NCBI GenBank assembly: GCA_000165425.1
Contig: CT868017.1
Coordinates: 124,001 to 188,000, forward strand
Source: Paramecium tetraurelia
Taxonomy: Eukaryota
Direction of reading: 5' to 3'
Length of the DNA: 64,000 nt
Part shown: piece by piece, positions 29,196 to 43,617 of the stretch
Layout of the letters: the number at the start of each line of letters is the position of its first letter
Numbering within the stretch: position 1 is the first letter of the stretch
The notes under the pieces: generated by a model
Told to the model about the DNA's origin: nothing
Seen by the model: the letters and a program-made list of their open reading frames with translations, nothing else
The model's database searches: none
Position numbers and translations under genes: made by a program

Positions 29196-30790
29196 TCATT
29201 ATTGTTTATCAAATTAAGTCATGTCTTCTGTGTTTAGATGGTAGAATCGTATTTGAGACTTAGGTCTATTAATTAATTAAGACAGACCAGCATTAGTACT
29301 AGCAAGATGTGATAATTTGTTAATCTCTAAATCCCTATCTTTGATGGCATTTTGTAGTTGGTCAACTGCCTTGAGTAAATATTTAATTTTCTCATTATCA
29401 GTTATCTTCTAGCCTGGAGCATTGCTCAAGGATTAAATTTAACTTGTCATTATCGATTAAGGCAATTAACTAACATTCGATTGTTATTGCATTTATTGGG
29501 ACAGTAATTCATTATTTTCTTTTAACAGTCGATTCTCTCTTTTTAATTATTCATTGTCCTTTTTCATTTCATCCCTCTCCTTTTGAATCTATTAAAGTAA
29601 GTCTAACTTGTATTCTATCTATTTCTTAACATCGTCATCAAATCTTATGATATTACCACTTTCCATCTACTGTTACAACTCATTTAATTCTCTGCTCATG
29701 TTTCTTAAAGATTCTTATAGAACAAAATTCTAGGCTCTTAGCTCACTCACTTAATTGTTTTTTTCAAACATGGTCAGTTGCGTTTGGTTCATTAAATTTT
29801 ATTTATGAGTTGATATTAATAATTCTGCATTTTAGAGTTACAATTACAAAGTATTAACTTAATTTTTCAATTAATCAATAATTGATTCATAATTCATTCT
29901 TTCAGCCTTATATTATTCATCATATAATTATTTGTAATTTTCAATTTCTTATTTGATTTAATTCTAATTATATTATATATTATTTACAGCAAATTTCATT
30001 TCTGAATCTTCTATTGTATAACCATGCATGTCACGTAATACGTCAATCTATGCTTCTAGCTCTTTTTTTTCTTATATATTCTAATTCAATAGGTTAGAAT
30101 AATTGACTCTAAGAACATCTAAGTCTATTTTCAATAATTCATATGCATTCTTGGTTTCTAATAATTCATTTATTTAATCTGCCTGTTCTTTAACAACTTT
30201 TTGGAGCTACTAATACTCATAAATATATTTTAATTTCTCTTCCTTGACTACCCTTAAGGCTTAGTCCAGATGATAGGTCTGCTATAAACTTTGCTACAAT
30301 TCTTCTGTTTTTGCTATAAATTATTGTTTGCCGGCTTAAATTTCTTGATCCTTGATTTCTATAATTTTATTAGTCTATTCTAATTCATCTAAGACTTTAT
30401 TGAGATTTTGGCTGAGTTCCTTTGATATTATTCTAAAACTTACTTATTTCTGAAGAGTTAATTTTTAAACTTAGAATGCATATTCTTCCGACTCAATGCT
30501 CTTCTATTTTAATCTATCGCATAAATTATCGTATTCTTAATTTATCTAATTATATTTAATGGACATACAATTTAGGTAGATTGTTCCATTTCTTGTAATT
30601 AGTTTTATAAGTCTCTATTATGTTCCTTGAGAACTTCCATTTCTTGTGAGGCTGTTCCAAGTACATCAGTAAGTTTTTCTACTTCATTAGTAAGTATGTT
30701 GACTCTACTATAGCACATATTATGAATGTCTGTAGAGGTTGAATCATCAAGTCTTGACAATTTAGTTTGTGGAGTGTTGCTTAACTTCAT
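29196..30790 (-). CDS. Hypothetical long coiled-coil protein
   Basis: Q/E/K/L-rich heptad frame from MKLSNTPQTK. Confidence 0.7.
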
Positions 30791-31059
30791 ATATTTTTTA
30801 TTTAATTTTATTGTTAATTAATTTGGTTTATTTTATTTAAATGAAATACTCTTACCAATTTATTAAATTTATGAATATTGATAAATTCATTTAAATTTTT
30901 GATAATAAGAATAATATAAAAAGACGTAATATCACTCAAAAATATATACTATTTTCACCATCCCATGTATTTAGTTAGTAATTATATATTTAATTGGATA
31001 ATTGCCTTAATTTTTGCTCATCAATATTTCACACTCCAAGAATTTCATCCTTACCCATC

Positions 31060-32993
31060 TCAAAGGACTGTCGGTTTTCTTGTAATCAATTTACCTCGTT
31101 CTGAGTTTCGTTTCATTTCAGATATCCATAAACATGTTTATTTGATTTTCATCCTCTCTAAATATGTTAAACCCATGATTTAACTTCCAACTCCATCTTT
31201 CATTGTTAAATTAGATTCCTGTAAATGCTTTTCAAAGATTATAACAGAATAGCCATTGACAAGAATTTAAAAATAAAAAATCTCTTGATTATATTATAAC
31301 AATAGATTTAGGATAATTTAATTTTGAATTACTTTAGATCTCATAATCCTCCTTTTCATTTATAGAACTACTTAATTTTTCTAACTATGGTATTCTATTA
31401 TTAATTTGTTTGGCAATCTCTGGAATGAGATTATAATCAATAGATTTCGAAATGAATTCATCTAAAATATTGCCTTAAAAATCAAGTGAGATACAGGAAT
31501 ACTTTTCTTATAAACCAAATTATCTGATTGATTTTAAAATTGCATACTAAAGTGCATCAATTTATAATTTAAATATTTTAGCTTTACAAATTGGACATCT
31601 CCATTTTCTGGGTATTTATTGATCCAACATCAGGATGTAACTTTCTAATGAGAAACATTAAACATGAGTACAATAAATCCCTCTAACTGGAGTTTATATT
31701 AGAGATGAACTGAAGCAACATAATAATGATATGTGTAATTTGATTATTTTAATGGCAGGACTATAATTGATTTATAGAATAACGAAATCTCGTGATTATT
31801 CTAAACTCATCCAATTCTATGGATCATCAATAATTTTATCAATTAATTACTTAGATGTGTATTATTTGGTTTTATAAATTGCGAAATAATAGAGTTATTC
31901 ACTAAGGATTCTAAACTTTCTTTTTTAATCTATTCCTGGTATAGATTCCTTGAAAATGAGAGTGCATTCTTCATTTTTTGGAATTGTACAAAACAGTTTT
32001 TCATCCTTTCTTTTATGTAAACAACTCTATAAACTTAATGGAACAAATTCAAAGACCTTTTTACCATTTAACTGAATTTCTCCTAGATCTGGCCAAGTAA
32101 TTTCTTAAGCTGCTTAAGGAGAATCAAGCCTAATACATCTGATGTCAACCATTTCACAGTCAGTTTTAAATCTAACTAACTTAGAGTTGGTTAACCCATT
32201 TTTCTTAAATGGACATGGGTCAACTAGAGTTGTAATAACTTCACAGAACTAATCCATATTAGAAAGAGTGCATATTGGGCATGTAAAATTATCAACTTAT
32301 CTTTCATCATAACTTTTGTCTAAACAATTAACATGTAAGTATTTATCACATAATTAACATTAAACAATTTATTTGTAATGCAATTAATTACCACAAAAAC
32401 AATCTTCACAAATAGGTTATTTAGGTATTTTGTAATATTTTTGCTTTAATTTGAGACAAACGTCTCTCATATTTACAGTATCATATTCTAAAGCGCTGTT
32501 TTAATCTATTTCTTTTTAAGTTAATTATTAGGGTTATTACTTACTTTCTTAAATTGCTGTTTTCTATACTTCCTCTAATTCCATCTGGGTCTTCACTTCT
32601 TGTTGAAGTAACATCATTTTCTATAAGGTAGAAAAATGAGATTCAAAATATACATGGATAAAATCATTTATTATTTAGATATCATCTTCTAATTGAGGCT
32701 TTTATCTGGAAATGTGAGGATCTAATCTAAGAAGACTTTAGGAATAGAGTTCTTGGATATTGTTGGGCTTAGATTCTTTAAATAGACTTTCAAAGTATTG
32801 AGAATTACAAATGTCTTTTGTTGCATGATTAATGATTGATGGTAATGCTAATTTAAGTTATTTTTGAAATGTTTCTAAGTCTTTTAAGAGTTATTGATTT
32901 TTCATTTATTTCATTAAAATATTTGGCTTAGTTAATTGTTTATATATTTGAAATGGATGGGAATATTTGATGTTCTTAAACTTATGTACACAT
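31060..32993 (-). CDS. SIZ/PIAS-like SUMO E3 ligase (PHD finger plus SP-RING/MIZ)
   Basis: PHD CFCG..IVQCQLCDKYLHVNC..FTCPIC; SP-RING ISLLCCFSSSLIQTPVRGIYCTHVQCF..WRCPIC. 3' end uncertain (about 30930-31060). Confidence 0.8.
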
Positions 32994-33006
32994 ATTTTTT
33001 ATATTA

Positions 33007-33971
33007 ATGAAAATAACAATCACAGATTTGAAAATTTTATGTAAATTTAGTCTAGCAAGTGGGAATGCTGTGATTCCCTTCATTTCATTTCTGTATTTGG
33101 GAGAAGACAACGTATTCTCATTGAAGTCGTTTTCATTGTTGTCTGGATCACTTTTTATGGTATTTAACAATATTCATTATGAATAGGCTATGGCAAGCTA
33201 GGCCTTCAATTAAGTAATTGAATGGAAGTAAGATAAATTAATGACACGCACATGCAATCGTCCAATTCCAATCCAACGACTTACTCGTTTGTAAGGAGGA
33301 TTGATTGGATTTGCATTCTATGCAGCTTCCAATGTCCTGATGTATAATGTATATTTATTAGTGATTTAGTATTTGCCAACCAATGCTTTAGCGATTAACA
33401 ATTTGATTTTCTTCTCATACTTGGGAATATACACAACGTTGAAAACAAGATCTCCCATGAATACTTTAATTGGAGCAGTAATTGGGGCTCTTCCAGTGGT
33501 GTTAGGAGCAGCCTGTGTAAGCAACGACAGTTTGTATAATCTGGGGATGTGGGGCAATTTTGGATTCATGTTTTCATGGTAAATCAATCATTTCTACGGG
33601 ATTTATTGGAAATATTAGAAAGACTATTTGAGAGCTGGATTCAAAATGGTAAATGATAGTGCAGTTGCTAGTAGACATATGAAAATGTGTTTGGCTATTA
33701 ATGGGTTAAGTTGGTTTGGAACTGCATCTCAGCATTCTTAGCCAGAATTAAAATTTATCAGTTGCATCTCTGGATTATTGTCATTATACTTTTGGAATTA
33801 TAGAGCAATCAAATTATTTGAAGTGGACCCTTCAAAAAATGTATGAAATACAAACTTATTAGTTAGGCAAACTATCTTAAAAAAGCCTCCTACAATTTCT
33901 TGTTGGTCTACTACAGTATAATATTAATGGACATAGGAATCAAGAGATATTAAAAACAATAAAACCATTGA
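33007..33971 (+). CDS. COX10: Protoheme IX farnesyltransferase (heme O synthase)
   Basis: AFNQVIEWKQDKLMTRTCNRPIP, YTTLKTRSPMNTLIGAVIGALP, FSWQINHFYGI..DYLRAGFKM. Confidence 0.9.
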
Positions 33972-34005
33972 AAAACAATTATAAAATAATTAATATGATG
34001 AATAA

Positions 34006-34707
34006 TCATTTTCTTAGTGTTTTTTGACAAATAACAAAGGCCTCATGGTATTATTTTAAGTCGTTCTTCATCTAATGGTGATCGAAGTTCTAGTGATCAC
34101 ATTCGTCTTGCATATACTTCGTAAACACTACATAATTACAATCGATTCTTACCATGGTGCTATTAATACGAGGACTTCTTGGCATTTGGATCAGATTATT
34201 ACATTTGATGCAAATCATTAATATGATCATATTAGATACGTGCTTTCATGTTTCTTTCGTGTTCCTTTTATGCCTTATGAACCTCTTAACTAATAGGTAT
34301 AACTGCTTTACCATCGACAGGCAATTTGCCACCGGACTATTTTATAGATTTTATTTTTTGCATTTTCTATTCTTGAATTTACATCATCTGTTTAGTTGCT
34401 GATAGATTCGTATGAGCCTTATCGAATCCCAGATGGGTCGATCCAGTTATTGGCAATACTTTATCACTACGTTCAAATGGCAGAGGTTCCTGAGGGTCAT
34501 TGGAATGTCTTTTATGGTATTCCTCCTCAGCCAAAATTGCAGGGATCTTATCAGGGTCATGTCCTTATTCCTGTTTTAGAGGAAATTATAGAAATCATTA
34601 AACACTACCTCCAATTTATCAAATTCTGCATTGTACTTATTTGCTCTCTATTGATAGATTTTCTACTTCACTGCCTTGTCAAGATGTGCACCAATTCCTT
34701 TACTCAT
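34006..34707 (-). CDS. Hypothetical protein
   Basis: MSKGIGAHLDKAVKQK...; two introns give a continuous frame. Confidence 0.6.
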
Positions 34708-34755
34708 TTATTTTATATATTTATATTATTAATTATTAAAAATCTAACGTTACAT

Positions 34756-35279
34756 ATGACAGATGAGATTGTTCGATTATAAACTATTGAATTCGAATAA
34801 GAAATCGAGAAGAGATTTTCCAAGAGTCGTCAAAATCACTTTTACGTTTTTGAAAGAGAAGGTTGTGATGCTTCTGATGATGATTCACTTGATTCTCTTA
34901 AAAATATTGGAGTCTATAATTTATGCAAACCCCTTCGAAACAAATTAATTGAAACTGAAAGAACAATCCCTAAATCCAGCAAGACTTTACTAATACAACT
35001 GTTAAAGCCCAAAAAACAACCATAGTTTAATGAAAATAAGTCCAACAACACATCCTTATATAAATCAAGATCATAAAGCAAGAATGCAACTACACGACTT
35101 CGCACTGAGTATTACGTTTATATTTAATCAGAGGTTCTGTCTTGAGAGAATCCAAAAATGTAACCCTCATTTCTCCTAAAATACCTAAAAGTCCCAATTA
35201 CATTCAAATCGACAACCTCATCAAATCTACTAAGAATCAAAATATTTATAAAATCAACAACTATTCCTTTGTTATATGA
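34756..35279 (+). CDS. Hypothetical protein
   Basis: MTDEIVRLQTIEFEQEIEK...; one 23-nt intron. Confidence 0.6.
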
Positions 35280-35302
35280 TTCATATTAATTATTAATTAA
35301 AA

Positions 35303-35979
35303 ATGTCTCAAAAGTTTAAGTCCCCTTCTATTCAATCCAAAGTCCACCCTAAAGTACTCTACAACACTCAAGAGTATTTAAGAACTCATATCTTAGTCTC
35401 AATGCTAAAGTCGTCAAAGTCTTTAGTCCTTTTGAATATATGCATTATATTAAACGAAGACAAGATTACTTAAATAAGCAATAGGAGCTTCTTGCCAACC
35501 TTTAATTAAGCCAAGAGAATTACGAAAAATTGACATTCTCTGTAAAACAAATAGGAGTTTCTGATGAAGAAGGCAGAGTTGGTGCACTTAGTTAAAGAAA
35601 ATATCTCCTAAAATCTATGGAATCAACTAGACTCTAAAAATCTGAATCCATTTTGCAATCATAAACTGACAGGATTCAATATTAATTTAGAGCTAAAGCA
35701 TTACCAATTAGTCGAAGGGAAAAAACAAGTATGTCTTAGTAAAAATCCAAACTTAACTTTTTAACCATTCCTGAAAAATCAGAAAACCACTTTGAATTTA
35801 AGACCAGCAATATTGATAAGATTATCAAGAGATCAAGATCAAAAAAGAGATATCTATTAAGTCAACCATAACCTCCAGAAGTTGCACTGGCCAAATAATA
35901 CCAAAACTAAAAACATTTGTCGTATAGTCGATAATTGTAAGAACTATAAGGAACATTAGATTTCATTAAATTGTTATGA
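35303..35979 (+). CDS. Hypothetical basic protein
   Basis: MSQKFKSPSIQSK...IRSRSKKR...FIKLL*; probably one intron. Confidence 0.55.
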
Positions 35980-35996
35980 TTACTATATGAATTTTA

Positions 35997-37003
<1,007 letters not shown>

Positions 37004-37028
37004 TTTAACACGTAAATTAAATTACTAA

Positions 37029-38187
37029 TCATATTAATTATTATGAAGGAATTTCTTCAGGTTCTTTGACAGAAGGCTGGGGAGTGGAGTGTTGAATTTG
37101 GATTGCATAGGATGCAGGAGGCACTTATAACTTATACTCCTGACTTTATTGACACAATTATAGAATTTTGTATTTCAATTTCCCTACGATCACTTGTTCT
37201 TCTGAGATATTCTTTCTTATTTCACCATCAATTTCATCTGAAATCCTAATAATTATATTATCCTTCAAATGATGAGTGTGCATATGTGAGTAACTCTCAC
37301 AATATATTACATCTCCTACTTAAAACTATAAAAATGATATCTTAAAAATTACTTCTTCATTTTATTTAATCTTTTCTATGACCATATAGATAGATGTAAA
37401 ATCCTAGCAATTGAATCCAATAATGTTTTCCAAGAATTCATTATATTCTAATGGTTTACTTTTGAACAAACATTTTTAATCTGAAAATATAGAGCATTAA
37501 TAAGTGGGAGGATTCTTATTCATCAATGAGGAAGAGTGTTTGACTCCATACAGTTCCATTTCTGATATTAGAACCATCATAAATTTTGTTTGTTTGTTTA
37601 TAGTGGATAAGAATTTAAAATTGGCAAACTTGCTCTTGCTGAATTTATTACTTGTCAACTTATTAAAGATATTGATAGTTTTTTGATCATATTGTTCAAT
37701 AAGCTTTGTTGTGTGATATTTCTGCAATAAAACAACCTCACTTTAATGCTTTCGGTACTCCATGTCTTGCTTTTTAGCATCAATAACAGGAGGTAAATTA
37801 GTAATTCTATTAGCTAAACTACGATTTTCCTCACTAATTCGCTTGGTGTCAAAATTTATTTTAGCAAATTCTTTTCTTGATTGATTATGCTAAGATCGCG
37901 TTTTACTTGTTTGAGGCTGCATTATTTTCTAAATTAGATGCTAATTGACTCTTTATTATTCAATAAAAGCTTCTTAATTATAAAATTTTGAAACTGTTTT
38001 TATCATATTATGCTTCTCCTTCAATTTCTTCATCACATTCTGATCGTCCAATTTTGGGTACTAAATTTAATTGTGAGCCAGTTACCTATTAGTTTATTTC
38101 CTCTAATTTCTTTTTATGGAAGTCATAAATGCGTCCTTTATTTTTCTCTTAATAAATGTCTTTTACTATATAATTATTATTTTTCAT
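37029..38187 (-). CDS. CFAP97/Hemingway-domain-like protein
   Basis: RIYDFHKKKLEEI..PKLD and KRISEENRSLANRITNLPPVID resemble the CFAP97 domain; the family call is inference. Confidence 0.55.
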
Positions 38188-38367
38188 ATAAATTTAATTT
38201 TAAGATTATTAAACTAATCAGCAAGTTTAGTATGTATATATTGCATTTTTTCAATTCGGCATTCATAGAATATTTTAGGTGCAAAACTATTTATATTATG
38301 AAGTTCTATATATTGTAATTATATTCATTCTAAAACCTCAACCAAATTTTATATTAATAAAAATATA

Positions 38368-39346
38368 ATGAAATCTCCAACGCGTATCATTAATGGTTTA
38401 TATATTGGAGACTAGGGTGCAGCGCACGTAGATTGATAAATATTATATTAGGATCTAGAGTTCCTGATAACAAACAAAATTAAGAAAATCATCAATTGTG
38501 CTGGTAAATAAATTCCAAATCATTGGGAGTCTATTGGTATAGAATACTTGACATATGGTTGGATTGAAAACGACTATCAGTATGCTATTGACCATTCTCG
38601 TTGTTTCTCATTTATAAATGATACTTTGGAAGCGGGAGAAGCTGTTTTGGTTCACTCAATAAGTGCTCTCAATCGCTCTGTTTTTGTTATAGTTGTCTTC
38701 TTAATGAAGAAGTAATGAAATATTTTTACCTATTCATAGGTTTAAATGGACCTTATAAAAAACACTTTAGTATATCCAGAACCTTAAACATAATCCAGAT
38801 ATAAAATAGAATGTAATGCAGCAACTCGTGAATTTTGAAAAATGGCTTCTCCTTAGTAATTTAGCCAACAATTAGGATTTCAATCAATATTATGATGAGG
38901 TTTTGGCAAGAAATACTTATTTGAATAGTTAAAAGCCTTAATAATGTGAACCAAGAAGGAGAAAGGAAGTAATTTCTAAAAGAGTACAATGGAATAGAAC
39001 CATCATATCATAATACATTCCTCCATATTATTAAATGTACTCATTTTTACTAAGTTTAAGTTAATTCAAAAATCTATCAAAATTATAATCTGATCCTGTA
39101 AATCAAGTTTAAATTAAAAATCCACAACTTCCAGCAACTCCAAGAAGATAGACAACTGATAATTGGATGAATAAAAAGCTCCCTTTGAATTAAATTGTTG
39201 ATGATAAAAAGTTAAACCTTTTTAACATCAAATCTGAGAGGCAATCAATTAGACCTTAATTAAGACCAGGGACTGCTCCATAAAAAAGGCTTGTAAAAAA
39301 TACTTGGCAATCTTAATCCCATAGAGTCTTAGTTAAATAATCATGA
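38368..39346 (+). CDS. Dual-specificity phosphatase-like protein, probable pseudophosphatase
   Basis: PTRIINGLYIGD, IKKIINCA, VLVHSISALNRS in place of HCxxGxxRS. Confidence 0.8.
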
Positions 39347-39378
39347 TTATAAATATAAACAATCTTTTTTTTTAATAC

Positions 39379-40040
39379 TCAAGCTTATTTTCTATTTACT
39401 TTTGGTGTGCTTAATGGTACAACATTGAAAAATAAGTCTGGTCTTAAGTCTTAAGGAGTTTACTAGAATATTGCTATTTGTTACATTTTTTAATGGTTTC
39501 TTTTCAAATTAAATTGCTTGTCCTGAACTGAATATGTTTTATTAAGGTGCTTATTTATAACCTTTAGTAGCTTTATTAGTGCTTTTTTTAATTGTCCTCT
39601 CTTCTTCTTCAACTCTTATTCTAGTTTCTACCATAATGTCTTTAAACAAATCATAATCAAATAATGATGCTAAAGTTTCATTCATTGCTTCATCCAATGG
39701 GAGAGATTACAATTTTTCAAGAGTAAGTTCAACTTTGAGTTTCTAAATTCACTCATTGATTATAATACTTCATTCAAATATAACTAGATAGCACTTTAGT
39801 ATAGTTTAAATATTTCTCTGTATTCTTTTGATTCTGTCTCTTCGAAAACTAAGCATTTTTCACGTAAGAAATCTTAAGATAATTTTTCAAAATCCTCTGA
39901 TATTAGTATTTCTTATAATTATGAAACTAACTGATCATCTTAATCATCGTTATTGTCTAAACATAAAGAATTAATATACAGTTTTCAATTATGAGTTCAT
40001 CATTCTCCAAATCGATTGCATTTTCGAGATTTTAGTTCAT
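39379..40040 (-). CDS. BART-domain protein (ARL2BP/CFAP36-like)
   Basis: LQEILISEDFEKLSQDFLREKCLVFEE..EYREIFKLY..LFDYDLFKDIM. Confidence 0.7.
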
Positions 40041-40092
40041 TTATTTAATTAAGATTTATATATGTACTATATGTGTATTATACTTATCACGT

Positions 40093-41324
40093 TCATAGAG
40101 CAGGGAAATCCTTATCATCCAATTGAATTCCTTATTCCTAATAAATTAATATAAGAAATTACTTATTATCTTTGTACAGGCTTCTTTTCTTATCTATCAC
40201 CTCCTCTTCTAGCCTTTTCTCCTCTTTCTTAATCTCTAGTATTGTTGTCTCTGTTTTATCTGTCTCCTTTATATTATCTATCTCCTTTGTATTATCTGTC
40301 TCCTCTATCTTATCTGTCTCCTTTTTCTTGTCTATCTCCTCTTTCTTGTCTTTCTCCTCTTTCTTATCTGTCTCCTCTTTCTTGTCTATCTCCTCTTTCT
40401 TATCTGTCTCCTCTTTCTTATCTATCTCCTCTTTCTTATCTATCACCCTTATATTGTCTATCTCCTTTGTATTATCTATCTCCTCTGTATTACTTTTCAC
40501 CTCTATCTTATCTTTCACCTTTGTATTGTCCTTATTCCTATTATTCGTTTTATCTTTCTCCTTATTATTATTCACCTTCTTGTTATTATTGTTATTATTA
40601 TTAAGGTTATTCATATTATCTTCTTTCACCTCTTTCACCTCTTCTTTCATTCTTTTCTTGAGTTTAATTAGTAAATCCCAAATACTCAGCAGCTTAAGTA
40701 TTCAATTCAGATCTGTATGTTGATTATTATTATTTTGTTTTTTTTTACTTAGATTCTTGTTCTCTTTTCTCATCTTCTCTAGTTTTAACAACAAAGAGTT
40801 TTTCTTTCTTCAAGGCTTCTTCATCAAGTTTCTTTGGAGCTTATTGTTTGACTTCAACTTATTTTAAGACTTCATCAACATTCTGAGGATAATAAATAAA
40901 TTGATACAGCGCCTCTTTGTTAGTAATAATCAGCAAGAGTCTTTTCTGGGGCTGGTGGTTAAGTTGGTTGAGTTGTCTACTCATTTTTGCCTTCTTAATG
41001 TGCATCACCTGAGGTTTTTTCTTTTGCCACATATTTTTCTTCCTTCAAATCATCCTTGTAATTTCCCCAATTATTTCTGCCTCCGCCTTCTTTTCTTTAT
41101 TCCTTGCCTCTGCCAGTGCCAGATTGTCTGTCTTTAGGGTGTGGCTCAGCAGGGACTCCCTTAGTCTTAGGAGCGGGATTGTGATGTTGAGTGTTTTCCT
41201 TTACTACTTATTCAGCAGGGATGACCTACTCCTTGTTGTTGTTTTTTTTATTCTTTTTTTGGTGTTATTCAGGAGCTTCTTCTGTGTCGGAGAAGTTGAG
41301 AACGTTGAACAAATTATTACTCAT
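40093..41324 (-). CDS. SERBP1/HABP4/Stm1-like RNA- and ribosome-binding protein
   Basis: MSNNLFNVL, DRQSGTGRGKEQRKEGGGRNNWG, EKTLADY, C-terminal DDKDFPAL*. Confidence 0.85.
40260..40529. repeat. 15 x 18-bp coding minisatellite (G-D-R-Q-[E/Y/D]-[R/K])
   Basis: Units such as ttatctgtctcctctttc repeated 15 times inside the SERBP1-like CDS. Confidence 0.9.
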
Positions 41325-41688
41325 AAAGATTTAAAAAATATTTAATGTTTTCATCTTAATTAACCTCACCAGGAGTTAAATTAATTTATTCAAATATAAA
41401 AAATAACAATATTTTATCGAATCGCTACTTTGTGGAAAATTCTTTATTTGAACTAATAAAATGCTGGAATTGTAAATTAAAACTATAGACGCTCAAAAAG
41501 ATATTTTTAGATTAATAATAAAATTTCTAGCTCAAATTTTACATTTCTAATGAATTATAATAATATTTCTTTAATTGGATAACCGAGTTATAAATGATTT
41601 TTCATACTGACTTCATATAAATAAAATATTGATAGTTTTTAATACGTTTAATTATCTCTATCTTAATGAAGAAATTAATATATAATTT

Positions 41689-42021
41689 ATGGGCTGCTGC
41701 TAAAATATACCTTAGAAGGAAAAGGAAACCATTTTATTAACACAATTAAGCATAAAATAAGAATTCTTCCCAAAACCTCTTTAAATAGAGCCTCTCTCCC
41801 TAAATTTAATTAAGGGGGATGTCGATTATATAGAGAGGTTGGGAAGCACATGTGCTGATAATATTTTGGGTGAAAAATAGCTCAGCAGGGTGGATAAATA
41901 GTTCAGTGATTTGATGCAAAAGGAAGTTACAATAGATCTGAGGTAGGCCCCCAGTCCTTCATTGCTGATTAAAGATAGAAGCAGCAGAAATTTAAATAAT
42001 AAATTTATAGGAATGCTTTGA
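41689..42021 (+). CDS. 110-aa MGCC-start small protein (putatively acylated), copy A
   Basis: MGCCQNIPQ...VTIDLR...SSRNLNNKFIGML*; intronless; paralogue at 42460. Confidence 0.75.
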
Positions 42022-42459
42022 TTTAAGTTGTAATTAAATTTTGAAATATAATACAATTATATATATATTGAGGTGTAATCGATCATGGCACAATCCAAAT
42101 TTTCAGCATGAGATGTTCGAACAACATTCAAAGGCAAAACGAAATGATATTGAACAATAATATGTCAAATATTTATTAATTTATGATTGGTTTCCTGAGT
42201 GTATTAAGTAAAAATAAATAAGTTAATAAAATTGAATTACCAAAAAAATAAATCTGATTATTTAAACAAGTTAGAACAGTCACTACCACAATTGAGATTT
42301 TATAAATGAATTCAGAACTTTTTTGTGAAAATTTTGATAATACTTTAAAATATTGAATTACAACAGCCACAGAAACAAAGATACACCAAAAATTTCAAAC
42401 ATATAGTGGAAAATCAATTGAAATTTATTAAATATTATAAACTCTGTTTCAAGTGGGAG

Positions 42460-42771
42460 ATGGGTTGCTGTCAACATTAGTCTTATACTCAATCCTAACA
42501 AAATGTTGATGTCCAACTAAAATCTTGTCTGAAAGAGCGAAAAATTGAACCTCTTCAAATTTCAGTGATAGGAGATTCAGATAGAATGGAATTTATGGAT
42601 GAAGGACCGTAGTTTGAGGCGACATCCCTAAAAGAAATTCAGTCTCCTAATATTCTCAAATTCCCATCCGAATCTGTGATCATAGATTTGAGGTCGGGGA
42701 CATCACTAGCAAGCCCAATCAGAAGAAAATCAAGCAAGAACCTGAATCAAAAGTTTATAGAAATGCTTTGA
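42460..42771 (+). CDS. 103-aa MGCC-start small protein (putatively acylated), copy B
   Basis: MGCCQHQS...VIIDLR...SSKNLNQKFIEML*; intronless. Confidence 0.75.
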
Positions 42772-42888
42772 ATATACTTATAATATAAATTATGATTAAA
42801 TTTAATTAACAGATACGACATAAGGGACTCATGTAAATTTAACTAACATTTCTAATAATTAAATAATACGCTTCCTATTCAAAATTAT

Positions 42889-43557
42889 ATGAAACATTGA
42901 ATCAAAATATAACATTATAAACTTCAGAAATAAACTTTAAAGTTTAACTTAAAATTAATAAAGAAAATAATTAACTTCTAAGATATTTTCTTTTTCCATA
43001 TTTATATAAAGTTATAATTATACAATTAATAACAAAATACCATTATAATAATACTTAAGAAAATACTTAAGTTCCCAAGGAAGTTATTAATTGTGAGAAC
43101 GGAGTTATATTTAGAGGTATTTTGTAATCATATCAAAATTAATCTTAAAAGAGATTGATATTTATATAACTTCTATATTTAAATTAAGGAGAGTAATTTT
43201 TAGAATCTAAATGATCAATTGAAATGATAATATAGTTAGAATTAAAATATGACAGTTTCTAATTTTAAACTTTAGCAACTTATGCTATCTTGTAAGCAGG
43301 GAACCTTTTTATGTCTCATTAGAATATTATTAAACTGTAAACTTTGCCAATTATTGAAAAGCATTATGATATTAGTAAATATTCTAATGTGAATGATTAT
43401 TTTGAATATGGACTGAAATTAAATGCTTTTACATGCTCGAAAAAGGGAAATAAGTTTGGAATTGCAAAATAAATTAAATAAACAATTAAGTCTTATTTAT
43501 TAATTAGGAATTAAATTAAAACTAATTATATTAAAATTGAAATTAAATTTATTTGAT
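42889..43557 (+). pseudogene. Possible decayed gene remnant
   Basis: About 110 open codons from about 43224, preceded by frames broken by TGA; no domain recognised. Confidence 0.2.
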
Positions 43558-43617
43558 TTTAAGAGGAAATCAAAATGATATATTAATTGATCTATATTCT
43601 CTTTATATTTATAGTAA

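Noticed and set aside
32982..33587. Minus-strand ORFs 32982-33170 and 33366-33587
   Set aside because: Antisense to the well-supported COX10 coding sequence.
40159..40723. 18-bp repeat array as CRISPR, or the LSPLSY and KKEEID ORFs as genes
   Set aside because: Tandem units without spacers inside a eukaryotic CDS; the listed ORFs are wrong-frame or antisense readings.
42085..42440. Third MGCC-family copy between the two paralogs
   Set aside because: No MGCC start or C-terminal motif; frames are broken by TGA.
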